Source: an uncultured Nitrospiraceae bacterium
Lineage (GTDB): Bacteria > Nitrospirota > Thermodesulfovibrionia > Thermodesulfovibrionales > SM23-35
Reading direction: 5' to 3'
Length of the DNA: 64,000 nt
Assembly (NCBI GenBank): GCA_963727775.1
Contig: CAVSHB010000001.1
Location: 1,056,001 to 1,120,000, forward strand
Shown here piece after piece: positions 49,469 through 59,313 of this stretch. A program made the translations under genes and the position numbers. The notes under the pieces are model-generated. The model did no database searches. It saw nothing but the letters and a program-made list of their open reading frames with translations, and had not been told where the DNA came from. Numbering within the stretch: the stretch's first letter is position 1; the number at the start of each line of letters is the position of its first letter.

Positions 49469-49772
49469 ATGACTAACAAATTAGAAGGCGTACTTGAAAG
49501 AGAATTTCAAAGAGCTGTTAGTATTTGCATTGATCAATATGGATATAGACCATCTTATTTTTTACAGATATTGGGTAATTATGGACCAACAGATACTGCA
49601 ATCAGACTTGTGACGGCTCCTAAATTTCATGAAGGGTTTATAGGAGCTTAGGCGACTTGATCTTACTGTTGAGGCAATTATACTCCGCAATCCATATAAT
49701 CAGCTATTTACCAAAGAAGTTCTTGAAAAGGCGAGACAAAGATTAGAGCAGTTTGGATATAAAGAAGAATAG
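49469..49772 (+). pseudogene. Frameshifted small conserved hypothetical gene
   Basis: GYRPSYFLQ...HEGF continues in another frame as ELRRLDLTVEA...LFT...ARQRLEQFGY. Confidence 0.6.
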
Positions 49773-49831
49773 ATTAACCAAATACACCTTATCGACACTG
49801 CTTTTAAAAAGCAAAAATGATAAAATAAGCC

Positions 49832-50074
49832 ATGAAATGTACCCAATACTTCTCCTTTATCAGGCAACGACCAGACAGGGCAACTATCAAAGATGAATGG
49901 ATATTGGATACAATGAATAAACCTGTAAAGACACAATTTCAGACTGATGGAAGGATAAGGAAGTGGCGTTATATCGAGGAAATGGGCAAATATCTAAGGA
50001 TAATCCTTTTAGATGACGGAGTAACTGTTCATAATGCTTTCTTTGATAGAAACTTTAAGGAGGAAGAAAAATGA
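49832..50074 (+). CDS. Putative RelE/BrnT-like toxin
   Basis: QTDGRIRKW...YLRIILLDDGVTVHNAFFDR; directly upstream of a DUF2283 gene. Confidence 0.6.
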   Translation: MKCTQYFSFIRQRPDRATIKDEWILDTMNKPVKTQFQTDGRIRKWRYIEEMGKYLRIILLDDGVTVHNAFFDRNFKEEEK

Positions 50075-50277
50075 AAATTCGATATTTCTCAGATACAGAT
50101 ACAGCGTTGATTGAGTTCTCAAATGTTCCAGTTGTTGAGACAAAAGAAATATCAGAAAACCTCTACATTGACTTGGATGAAAAGGGCAATCTCGTAAGTA
50201 TGACCATTGAACATGCAAAAGAAAAAGCTGGCATGTCTGAAGTTTCTTTTTTGCAAATGGAAAAGAGCGCTGCTTAA
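50071..50277 (+). CDS. DUF2283 family protein (putative antitoxin)
   Basis: MKIRYFSDTDTALIEF...IDLDEKGNLVSMTIEHA. Confidence 0.85.
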   Translation: MKIRYFSDTDTALIEFSNVPVVETKEISENLYIDLDEKGNLVSMTIEHAKEKAGMSEVSFLQMEKSAA

Positions 50278-50329
50278 CAAAGCACTCGTGCGGATGGCTG
50301 ATAGCCACCGCACAGTTTCATCGTTAAAG
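50272..50329 (+). repeat. Integron attC site
   Basis: R'' GCTTAAC overlapping the stop codon; L'' CTCGTGCGG / L' CCGCACAG with one extrahelical base; R' GTTAAAG; 58 bp. Confidence 0.8.
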
Positions 50330-50338
50330 GAGCCAAAA

Positions 50339-50404
50339 GTGGATAAACGGCACCCAAAAGTTTTTATAAGTTACGTCCGTGAAGACATGGATAGAGCCTC
50401 ATAA
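50339..50404 (+). pseudogene. TIR-domain gene N-terminal stub
   Basis: AAGGAG RBS, then (M)DKRHPKVFISYVRED followed by an early stop. Confidence 0.55.
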
Positions 50405-50481
50405 AGCGTCGTTTATTTGAGTAGAATAGAAACAAAGGAAGAGACAAAAGAATCAGCTTTGACACTGGACAAAGTGACTCA

Positions 50482-50528
50482 CCCTAACCATCAGGTCAAG
50501 CGGTCAAGCCGCTTCCTGCGCGCTACAC
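50482..50528 (+). repeat. Degenerate attC site
   Basis: CCCTAAC-N6-GTCAAGCGG-TCAAG-CCGCTTCC; R' degraded to GCTACAC. Confidence 0.5.
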
Positions 50529-50800
50529 AATTCTCCGGTCAATCAACACGTTTCACTATTTGTCAAAAAAGTTTATGTGTAGGTGTTGGTCGCATCCCCA
50601 CAGAATAGCTGCTGCGTTGTCTTGATTAAGAAATGAAACCCACTACTGAGGATATTTTACTGAAAGAGCTTTGATATTTGCGTTGAGTGGACGGCGCACT
50701 ACGTGTAGTTGAAACCTATTTGGTGCTGGATCTTTGGGACAGCTGATTCCTGAGCTTAGCGTGCTTTATATCCAGAATTCTCAACGGAAGGAGATAATAG

Positions 50801-51262
50801 TTACTGCTTAACCTCGAAGATAAACTCTATCTCTAAAGGAGAATTCAGAGGCAGGACATTTACTCCGACTGCGGCCCTCGCATGTCTGCCTGCTTCTCCG
50901 AAGACATCGAACAGTAAGTCGGAGGCGGCATTCAGGACCTTAGGCTGATCAATGAAATCAGGGGCCGACGCGACATACCCCGTTATCTTGACGCACCGTC
51001 TGACATTATTCAGGCTTCCGATATGAAGCTTTAAGGCAGCTAATGCATTGATGGCAGCTGTTCTTGAGTCTTCCATCGCCATCGCCAATGAGACAGATTC
51101 ACCAACCTTTCCCGTCCTTGTCAATTTCCCGTTACGGAAGGGAAGAATTCCGCTGAGAAAGATTAAATCAGCTGTACGAACACAAGGCACATAAGAACCG
51201 AGCGGTTTCGGAGATTCTGGAAGTTCGATCCCCAATTCCTTCAGTTTCTCTTCGGGTGACAT
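50801..51262 (-). CDS. RidA/YjgF family protein
   Basis: GSYVP, KITGYVAS, GRHARAAVG, IEFIFE. Confidence 0.9.
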   Translation of the reverse strand: MSPEEKLKELGIELPESPKPLGSYVPCVRTADLIFLSGILPFRNGKLTRTGKVGESVSLAMAMEDSRTAAINALAALKLHIGSLNNVRRCVKITGYVASAPDFIDQPKVLNAASDLLFDVFGEAGRHARAAVGVNVLPLNSPLEIEFIFEVKQ

Positions 51263-52533
51263 TACAGACCTAATTCCTCCGGCGTACCGATCCTTCCCAA
51301 GACCGCCGACGCCGCTGCGACTGCCGGGTTGGACAAGTACACTTCACTCTCCGGATGTCCCATCCTGCCGACAAAGTTCCTGTTTGTCGTTGCCAGCGCC
51401 CGCTCACCTTTGGCGAGTATCCCCATATAGCCTCCGAGACATGGTCCGCACGTAGGTGTGGACACCACTGCTTCGGCTTCAACGAAGATATCCAGAAGTT
51501 TCTCCTTCATCGCCTGCCTGTAAATCTTCTGAGTAGCCGGGATTACTATCATCCTCACGTTGGGATTGACCTTCCTCCCCTTTATGATTGAGGCTGCCTC
51601 TCTTAAATCTTCAAGACGGCCGTTCGTGCACGAACCGATTACAACCTGGTCGATGGTAATCCCGGAAAGCTCTGCCGCAGGTCTCGTATTTGATGGAAGG
51701 TGAGGGCATGAGACAGTGAGGGGGATCTTTGAACAGTCGTATTCACGGATGCCGGCGTATTGAGCGTTTTTGTCCGACTTGTAAAATTTATACGGTCTTT
51801 TTGCCCTGTTTCTTACATATGATTTCGTGATCTTGTCGGGCACTATTATTCCGTTCTTGCCTCCTGCCTCTATGGCCATATTACACATAGTGAGCCTGCT
51901 GTGCATCGGAAGGTTCTGGATAGTCTCACCCGTAAATTCCATCGCCATATAGAGTGCGCCGTCAACACCTATGTCTCCAATTGTATAAAGTATGAGGTCC
52001 TTGCCGCTGACCCACCTGTTGAGTGCACCGTAATATATGAACTTCAGCGATTCAGGGACCTTGAACCAGCATTCGCCTGTTGCCATTGCCGCTGCAACGT
52101 CTGTTGAGCCGACGCCTGTTGAAAACGCACCGAGCGCGCCATAGGTGCATGTGTGGCTGTCTGCGCCGATAATCAAATCCCCGGGAACGACAAGACCTTC
52201 TTCAGGCAACAGGGCATGCTCAACACCCATCCTTCCGACCTCAAAGTAGAGGCTGAGATCGTATTCTCTTGAAAAGTCTTTAAGCAACTTACATTGCTCC
52301 GCTGCCTTAATGTCTTTCTGCGGGGCAAAATGGTCGGGAATAAGTGCAACTCTGTTTTTATCGAAAACGTCCTTCGCCCCGATTTTTTTAAATTCGGATA
52401 TTGCTATCGGAGCGGTTATATCATTGGCAAGTATTAGGTCAACCTTTGCATTGATTAATTCACCCGGGGACACCTTTTTCTTGCCTGAATGTGCGGCTAA
52501 TATCTTCTCTGTAATTGTCATGATTACCTCCAT
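51262..52533 (-). CDS. leuC: 3-isopropylmalate dehydratase large subunit (LeuC type 2/HacA-like)
   Basis: DSHTCTYG, GSCTNGR, CGPCLG, NRNFVGRMG. Confidence 0.9.
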   Translation of the reverse strand: MEVIMTITEKILAAHSGKKKVSPGELINAKVDLILANDITAPIAISEFKKIGAKDVFDKNRVALIPDHFAPQKDIKAAEQCKLLKDFSREYDLSLYFEVGRMGVEHALLPEEGLVVPGDLIIGADSHTCTYGALGAFSTGVGSTDVAAAMATGECWFKVPESLKFIYYGALNRWVSGKDLILYTIGDIGVDGALYMAMEFTGETIQNLPMHSRLTMCNMAIEAGGKNGIIVPDKITKSYVRNRAKRPYKFYKSDKNAQYAGIREYDCSKIPLTVSCPHLPSNTRPAAELSGITIDQVVIGSCTNGRLEDLREAASIIKGRKVNPNVRMIVIPATQKIYRQAMKEKLLDIFVEAEAVVSTPTCGPCLGGYMGILAKGERALATTNRNFVGRMGHPESEVYLSNPAVAAASAVLGRIGTPEELGL

Positions 52534-52631
52534 GTTGAATTATCTATTATACATGAGCGGCAAAGCTTGCGGCTACTTTTTTAGTCCCATCACTCTTCAT
52601 TTTATGTTAAAATGTCTGATAAAAATCAGGT

Positions 52632-54098
52632 ATGTCGACCATGAACAGAAAAATTCAGAAAATATTAATAGCTAACAGGGGAGTGACTGCTGTCAGGATT
52701 ATGCACACCTGCAGGGACAGAAAGATCCCTACCACTGCCGTTTATAGTACCCCCGACAGACTTGCTCACCATGTATTTATGGCTGATTCGGCGGTGCATA
52801 TCGGTGAGGCGCCTCCGGTTGAATCCTATCTGAATATGGAGAAGATGATCGCCGCCGCGATCCAGAGCAAGTCGGACGCAATCCATCCGGGCTGGGGGTT
52901 CCTGGCGGAAAACCATAAGTTTGCGAAAATGGTGATTGACGCCGGCCTGACATGGATAGGTCCGCCGCCTGAAGTGATAGAAGCCTTAGGGGATAAAGTC
53001 CAGGCAAAAATACTTGCGCAGAAAGCCAATGTTCCTACAGTCCCTGGGATTATCAATGTTACTAATGTCGAGCAGATCAAAAAGTGGATGAAAAATGAGA
53101 AGGTAATTTTTCCAATCATGATCAAGGCGGTTGCGGGCGGCGGCGGTAAAGGGATGGTGAAGGTCGAGAACAAGAACCAATTGGTACAGGCTTTTGCCCA
53201 GGCGCGGTCGGAAGCGATGAAGTCTTTTGGGGACGACAGGGTACTGGTCGAAAAATACGTAGAGCGTGGAAGGCACATAGAGGTACAGGTCGTCGGAGAT
53301 GAGCACGGGAATGTGGTCCATCTGTATGAAAGGGAATGCACCATTCAGAGACGCAACCAGAAGATAATTGAAGAAGCGCCTTCGCCGTCTATTGACGACG
53401 ATCTGCGCAAGGAAATATGTTTTACCGCGATCCGGCTGATGCGTGAAATAGGCTATAAATCGGCGGGGACTGTGGAGTTTATTTTCGATTCATCGACAAG
53501 GAATTTTTATTTCCTTGAGGTCAATACGCGTTTGCAGGTTGAGCACGGTATTACTGAACTGATAACCGGTCTGGATATTGTCGGGATAATGATCGATGTC
53601 GCTATCGGGAAAAAATTACCTTTCAAACAGTCCGATATATATCCGAACAGATGGGCTCTGGAAGTGCGGCTGAATGCGGAAGACCCGAGGAATTTCAGCC
53701 CATCCTTCGGTACGATTACCCGGCTTCAGGTCCCTCAGGGACCGGGAGTAAGAATTGCAACGGGTGTTTATGAGGGCGCTGATATTCCGCCGTATTACGA
53801 TTCACTTTTTATGTTATTGATAACTGCGGGCGCGGACAGGGGAGATGCAATAAGGGTAATGGACCGGGCACTCAGCAGGAACCTCCGGGTTGAAGGTGTG
53901 AAAACTCTGGCGCCCTTGCTTTTGAGCATAATCAGGCATCCCGCGTTTATAGCCGGTGAGTTTTCGACCAGATTTTTAGAGGAGCATATTGATGAGCTTA
54001 TATCAATGTTCAAGGAGAAGAACAGCGAGGACGAGGTGCTTAAGATAGCGAGATATGTTGCCGAAATCTCTGCCCTCGGTCCCCGGCCATGGATGTAA
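52632..54098 (+). CDS. Biotin carboxylase subunit (pyruvate carboxylase A-like)
   Basis: ILIANRG, GGGGKGM, RECTIQRRNQK, EVNTRLQVEH. Confidence 0.92.
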   Translation: MSTMNRKIQKILIANRGVTAVRIMHTCRDRKIPTTAVYSTPDRLAHHVFMADSAVHIGEAPPVESYLNMEKMIAAAIQSKSDAIHPGWGFLAENHKFAKMVIDAGLTWIGPPPEVIEALGDKVQAKILAQKANVPTVPGIINVTNVEQIKKWMKNEKVIFPIMIKAVAGGGGKGMVKVENKNQLVQAFAQARSEAMKSFGDDRVLVEKYVERGRHIEVQVVGDEHGNVVHLYERECTIQRRNQKIIEEAPSPSIDDDLRKEICFTAIRLMREIGYKSAGTVEFIFDSSTRNFYFLEVNTRLQVEHGITELITGLDIVGIMIDVAIGKKLPFKQSDIYPNRWALEVRLNAEDPRNFSPSFGTITRLQVPQGPGVRIATGVYEGADIPPYYDSLFMLLITAGADRGDAIRVMDRALSRNLRVEGVKTLAPLLLSIIRHPAFIAGEFSTRFLEEHIDELISMFKEKNSEDEVLKIARYVAEISALGPRPWM

Positions 54099-54099
54099 G

Positions 54100-56118
54100 A
54101 TGAAAGATTATATTTTTGTAAAACCGGGGATGTCCCCAAACGAAATCGTTAATGCGATACGCTCCCTTAAAGGTGTATGTTTTACGTCTGTAGGGATGCG
54201 CGATGCGGGGCAGTCCGACTTTAAAAACAGGCACAGGATATATGACCTCGCAACCCTTGCTCCGTATTACAACAGGATGGGGCTTTTCAGTTCGGAATGT
54301 CACGGCGGCGCGCGATGGCACGTGGGGGTGATGAACAGGAGGGAGAGTCCGTTTGAGGAAATCAATATCCTTAGAGAGCACATGCCGAATGTTTTGCTCC
54401 AGACACTTGTGCGCGAGACAAACCTATGGGGTTACAGGCCGTACCCGAAAAATGTAATAGAGCATGTCGTGTCGAGGGTTGATATCGATGTATGGAGATG
54501 CTTCTCTTTTCTGAACGATGTAAGGAATATGCGGACGGTTGCGGAAGTCGTTATGAAAAGAGGAAAGCTCTTCCAGCCCGCGATATCCTATACAATGGCG
54601 GACTGGGCGACAAACGATTATTATATCGGGCTTGTTAAAGATATTCTGGACCTCTGCGGAGGACCTGACGAGATCATCTTCTGCATTAAAGACATGGCAG
54701 GTGTAGGAAGTATTAAGAAAGTCGGCGGGCTTATCGACGCCATAAAACAGAAATATCCCGACCTGGTAATTCACTACCACCGGCATATAACAGACGGCCT
54801 TGCAATGCCGGCGCTGCTCTCGGCTGCGCAGGCGGGAGCAAAGATTTTTGATGTCGAGGAAGATTCCCTCGTGCGTTTTTACGGGCATTCACCTATCCTG
54901 GGTGTTCAGGCATATTTTGAGGAGTCGGGTATACCGGTTAACCTCAGCAGAAGCGATGCGGAAGCCGCCGTCCGGAAAGTACGCGAATGGATTGGCTTCT
55001 ATGACTGGGCTGAATCTCCGTTTAAAGGGTTCGACCATACGGTTGTCCTTCACAAGATGCCGGGAGGGGCATTCCCGAGTTCATTTGAACAGGCAGCAAA
55101 AGGGGGGTTCCTCCATTATATGCCTGCTGTGCTAAAGGTCATGTCTCTTTATAACAAGATTATCCACTACTTTGATGTTACTCCCGGGTCACAGATTACG
55201 TGGGTCACATGCAGTGGAATAGTCAATAAATACGCCAAGGCCAAAGGTGAAGCCGGTGTAAGACACCTAATCGAACTCCTCACGAAGTTCATCGAAGAAA
55301 ATTCTCTCGATTTTGAGTCTGTGGACAGGGACCAACAGGAAGAACTGCTCGGACTTTTCAGGAACGCGCCGGGGGACTTTAAGAACCTTATTCTCGGGCA
55401 TTATGGAAAGCTGCCCATGGGCTGGCCTCCTGACTGGGTATATAAAAGTACGTTTGGTGATGAATGGAAAGAGAAGATCAAGGAGCGTATTGAACTCTCC
55501 CCGTTGGATTCAATGGGAGATGATGATCTGGAAAAGCTTAGAAGAGAACTCTCCGATTATATCGGTAGAGAACCTGCAGAAGAGGAGTTCATCCTTTTTC
55601 TTATGCACCCGAAAGACGCACTGGAGATGATCGAGTTCAGAGAAAAATATGGTGAAGCTCCGCTCGTGCTGCCGACCGATGTCTGGAGGGAAGGTCTGAA
55701 AAAACCTGGCGACAAGGTCGACTTTGAGCTCTGGGGAAAGCCTTACAGTATTGAGCTTTTATCAATCGGGTCGGAACATGAAGGTCTGGTGCATGTCGTG
55801 GTGCGGGTCAACAACAAGACAAGGGTCTATACGGTTGAGACCCCGAGGGCCAAAAAGGTCGAGATAAGAATGGCTAAAGGCTTTAACGAAATCGGCGCAC
55901 CCATCAACGGAAATATCTGGCGCATAGGCAACCCGGAAAGAGGCGCTCTTAAGACAGGCGATATCGTCCATAAGGGAGAAGAGATTGCAAACCTCGAGGC
56001 GATGAAAATGGAAAACGCGATTATCTCTCCGTTCGACGGCCAGATTGCGGAGGTATGCGTAAAACTCAACAGCTTCGTTGTGGAAGGACAACTCCTCTTC
56101 GTCATCGAAAAGCAGTAA
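54100..56118 (+). CDS. Carboxyltransferase-biotin carrier subunit (PycB/OadA-like, divergent)
   Basis: RDAGQS, KDMAG, HYHRH, PGG, VTPGSQ, EAMKM. Confidence 0.85.
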   Translation: MKDYIFVKPGMSPNEIVNAIRSLKGVCFTSVGMRDAGQSDFKNRHRIYDLATLAPYYNRMGLFSSECHGGARWHVGVMNRRESPFEEINILREHMPNVLLQTLVRETNLWGYRPYPKNVIEHVVSRVDIDVWRCFSFLNDVRNMRTVAEVVMKRGKLFQPAISYTMADWATNDYYIGLVKDILDLCGGPDEIIFCIKDMAGVGSIKKVGGLIDAIKQKYPDLVIHYHRHITDGLAMPALLSAAQAGAKIFDVEEDSLVRFYGHSPILGVQAYFEESGIPVNLSRSDAEAAVRKVREWIGFYDWAESPFKGFDHTVVLHKMPGGAFPSSFEQAAKGGFLHYMPAVLKVMSLYNKIIHYFDVTPGSQITWVTCSGIVNKYAKAKGEAGVRHLIELLTKFIEENSLDFESVDRDQQEELLGLFRNAPGDFKNLILGHYGKLPMGWPPDWVYKSTFGDEWKEKIKERIELSPLDSMGDDDLEKLRRELSDYIGREPAEEEFILFLMHPKDALEMIEFREKYGEAPLVLPTDVWREGLKKPGDKVDFELWGKPYSIELLSIGSEHEGLVHVVVRVNNKTRVYTVETPRAKKVEIRMAKGFNEIGAPINGNIWRIGNPERGALKTGDIVHKGEEIANLEAMKMENAIISPFDGQIAEVCVKLNSFVVEGQLLFVIEKQ

Positions 56119-56203
56119 ATCCCACCTGTCTTTTAATACGGAAGGGCTTCGATAGCGCACAAGCCGTGATGAACTTTTTGATCTTGTTTCTTCGAGGTGA
56201 AAC

Positions 56204-58108
56204 GTGGCATTAGTGAGTTTGCAAGAGGTGAGGATCGCCTTCGGCGGCCCCCAACTCCTTGATGGGGTCACCTTCCAGATCGAGCGGGGGGAACGGGTCT
56301 GCCTTGTCGGCAGAAACGGGGCGGGCAAATCCACAATTATGAAGATCGTGGACGGCGAGCTCATCCCTGACTCGGGCGAGGTCATAAGAGCCAAAGGCGC
56401 GCGGGTCGCATCCCTCGAACAGGAAGTGCCGCAGGACCTGGCCGGAACGGTCTTCGAGGTCGTTTCTGAAGGGCTCGGCGATATCGTCGAACTGCTCGCG
56501 GAATATCGCTCCCTAGTCCACAGCCCAGGCTTAAGCGAAGACGCCGGCATTATCGCGGACCTTGAACGGGTACAGCATCTTATCGAGTCCTCGGGCGGCT
56601 GGCAGATACAACAGCGGGTCGAGACGGTCCTTTCCCGCCTCGGGCTGGACGCTGAGGCTGTTGCGGCCGGGCTCTCCGGCGGCTACAAGAGGAGGGTCCT
56701 TCTTGCGAGGGCGCTCGTGAACGAGCCGGACCTCCTGCTTCTTGATGAGCCTACGAACCATCTCGACATCGAAGCGATCGGCTGGCTTGAGGAATTTCTC
56801 CTCGAATTCCGGGGCGCCATACTCTTCATCACCCACGACCGGAGGTTTCTCCAGACCCTCGCAACGCGCATAATCGAACTCGACCGGGGGCGGGTCACTG
56901 ACTGGCCCGGAGATTACAAAACCTACCTGGTGAGAAGGCAGGCCGAGCTCGAGGCAGAAGTCACTCACAATGCGCTCTTCGATAAGAAACTCGCACAGGA
57001 GGAGGCCTGGATACGGCAGGGTATTAGGGCCCGCCGCACCCGCAACGAGGGAAGGGTGAGGGCGTTAAAGGAGTTGAGGAAGGAGCGGTTATCAAGGCGT
57101 GAACAAACAGGGTCCGCCGAGATGAAACTGAACGAGGCAGAGAGGTCGGGCAGGCTGGTCCTTGAGGCCAAGGGAATAGGGCACAGCTATGAGGGCAGTC
57201 CTTTGATCCGAGATTTCTCCACGGTCATCATGAGAGGCGACAAGATCGGCATCATAGGCCCTAACGGTTCGGGAAAAACGACCCTGCTTAATATCCTGCT
57301 CGGCTCGGTCGCGCCCCTTCGCGGTTCTGTGCGCATGGGTACCCGCTTCGAAGTCGCCTATTTCGACCAGCACCGCGCGCAGCTGGACGATGAAAAATCG
57401 GTCAGGGAAAACGTTGGAGACGGATACGACAGCGTGACGGTCAACGGAAGGACAAGACACATAATAGGCTACCTTGAGGATTTCCTCTTCTCCCCTGAAA
57501 GATCTCAGTCGCCGGTAAAAGTGCTTTCCGGCGGAGAGAGAAACCGCGCGCTTTTGGCGAAGCTCTTTACAAAACCCTCGAATGTGCTGGTACTTGATGA
57601 ACCGACGAACGATCTGGATGCCGATACCCTGGAGCTTCTGGAAGAGATGCTGATGGAATACCAGGGCACCGTTCTCCTGGTGAGCCACGACAGGGAGTTT
57701 CTTAATAACATCGTCACCAGCACGATAGTGTTTGAGGGCGACGGAAGGCTCGTCGAATATGTGGGAGGCTATGACGACTGGCTGCGACAGCGCAGTCTCT
57801 CATCCCCGATAGGGACAGAGAAGACGAAAAAGAAGGAGAAGCCCGGAAAGTCCAGACCTCAGCGGGGGCGCCTGCGTACCCTGACATTCAAGGAGAAAAA
57901 GGAGATCGAAACGCTGCCTGCGCTTATCGAGTCTATGGAAGCGGAGCGGGCGGGCCTTTATGAGACACTTGCGGACCCTGATTTCTACAGACAGGACGGA
58001 AGTAGTATCCCGGCAGTTAAGGCGAGGATCACGGAACTCGATACAAAGATCCCCACAGCATATGAGCGCTGGGAGCTACTGGAATCTATCCCGAAAGGGC
58101 GGGAGTGA
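56204..58108 (+). CDS. uup: ABC-F ATPase Uup
   Basis: Two NBDs, WIRQGIRARRTRNEGRVRAL linker, C-terminal coiled coil ending RWELLE. Confidence 0.93.
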   Translation: MALVSLQEVRIAFGGPQLLDGVTFQIERGERVCLVGRNGAGKSTIMKIVDGELIPDSGEVIRAKGARVASLEQEVPQDLAGTVFEVVSEGLGDIVELLAEYRSLVHSPGLSEDAGIIADLERVQHLIESSGGWQIQQRVETVLSRLGLDAEAVAAGLSGGYKRRVLLARALVNEPDLLLLDEPTNHLDIEAIGWLEEFLLEFRGAILFITHDRRFLQTLATRIIELDRGRVTDWPGDYKTYLVRRQAELEAEVTHNALFDKKLAQEEAWIRQGIRARRTRNEGRVRALKELRKERLSRREQTGSAEMKLNEAERSGRLVLEAKGIGHSYEGSPLIRDFSTVIMRGDKIGIIGPNGSGKTTLLNILLGSVAPLRGSVRMGTRFEVAYFDQHRAQLDDEKSVRENVGDGYDSVTVNGRTRHIIGYLEDFLFSPERSQSPVKVLSGGERNRALLAKLFTKPSNVLVLDEPTNDLDADTLELLEEMLMEYQGTVLLVSHDREFLNNIVTSTIVFEGDGRLVEYVGGYDDWLRQRSLSSPIGTEKTKKKEKPGKSRPQRGRLRTLTFKEKKEIETLPALIESMEAERAGLYETLADPDFYRQDGSSIPAVKARITELDTKIPTAYERWELLESIPKGRE

Positions 58109-58155
58109 GAAATATTCGGGCAATGAACTCAGACTCACACCTATTGTCAGACAAC

Positions 58156-58605
58156 TTACCGTTTAATGAGTTTTATCCCTTCGTTTTCGATGATAATAAG
58201 CCGTTTCCTGTAAAGAGAGCCTATCGCTTTTTTATATGTTTTCTTGCTTACCCCGAACAAGCCGTAGATAATTTCAGGCGGACTTTTATCGGTCACGGAA
58301 ACAAATCCGCCCGCTGCTTTTAGTTTGTCGATAATTTTTTCAGAGAGCTCATCAACCTTTTCAGGTCCGGGTTTTTGAAGACAGAGATCTATCTTTCCAT
58401 CGTCCCTTACCTTCTTTATAAATCCTTTTATCTGTTGTCTTTTTCTTAATGGCTGGAACACCTCGTTCCTATAAAGCATGCCCCATTGCGAGTTGTTGAT
58501 CATAGCCTTAAAACCAAGGTCAGTCTGTTCGCCGATCACCAGTTCCACACTCTGGCCTTCCTGAAATCCGATCGGTTGCTTACCAGGGCTTGATCTTTTA
58601 GGCAT
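58156..58605 (-). CDS. CvfB-like S1/winged-helix protein (C-terminal half only)
   Basis: TDLGFKA...KVRDDGKIDL...DKSPPE.I...FGVSKKTYKKAIG. Confidence 0.75.
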   Translation of the reverse strand: MPKRSSPGKQPIGFQEGQSVELVIGEQTDLGFKAMINNSQWGMLYRNEVFQPLRKRQQIKGFIKKVRDDGKIDLCLQKPGPEKVDELSEKIIDKLKAAGGFVSVTDKSPPEIIYGLFGVSKKTYKKAIGSLYRKRLIIIENEGIKLIKR

Positions 58606-58639
58606 TATGAATGCTCCGATAGACTTGTCCCTTTTTGCT

Positions 58640-59236
58640 TCATTCCTGTCCGGATAAAACGCTTCTGACATGACGCCACAATTCTTCCCTGCCTTCTCCG
58701 GTCTCACTGGAATAGATCAGCGCTGGAACATGAGCGGGAAGCATTAATCCCTTGCGAATCGCGGCAATATGGGCCGGACGCCTGCCGCGGCTGATTTTAT
58801 CCGCCTTTGTTCCGACAATGACATACGGGACATTGAGTCCTATCAGCCATTCTGAAGCATTCTTGTCATTTTTCATGGGCTCGTGCCGCAGGTCGATCAG
58901 ATGCACAATGAGAGCAATCCTGTCCCCACCCCGCAAATAGCTGGTGATGAACTCTCCCCACTCACTGCGCTTTCCCTTTGACGCCTCCGCATAACCATAT
59001 CCGGGCAGATCTACCAGATACAGCTGCTCATTGATGGCAAAATAATTAATCGTCTGCGTTTTCCCTGGCTGGACACTGGTCCGCGCCAGCGCGCGGCGTG
59101 CGCATAATGAATTGATCAGGGATGATTTACCCACATTGGAGCGTCCGACCATCACAATCTCCGGATACCCGGTGGCAGGGTATTGATTTGGTCCAACCGC
59201 ACTGATAATGCATTTAGCTGATATTATTTTCATCAT
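58640..59236 (-). CDS. engB: Ribosome biogenesis GTPase EngB/YihA
   Basis: GRSNVGKSS, PGKTQ, DLPGYGYA, TKADK. Confidence 0.96.
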   Translation of the reverse strand: MMKIISAKCIISAVGPNQYPATGYPEIVMVGRSNVGKSSLINSLCARRALARTSVQPGKTQTINYFAINEQLYLVDLPGYGYAEASKGKRSEWGEFITSYLRGGDRIALIVHLIDLRHEPMKNDKNASEWLIGLNVPYVIVGTKADKISRGRRPAHIAAIRKGLMLPAHVPALIYSSETGEGREELWRHVRSVLSGQE

Positions 59237-59313
59237 TCTTCCTTGTCTGGTATCTGAAAACCGATATCAAGTATTGTACCACGACGTACAGGTGACCAGA
59301 GGCTAACTGCTAG

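Noticed and set aside
55762..57723. Long antisense ORFs over the carboxylase and uup genes (also 19079-19798, 24396-25052, 3955-4533)
   Set aside because: Shadow frames of well-supported genes on the opposite strand.
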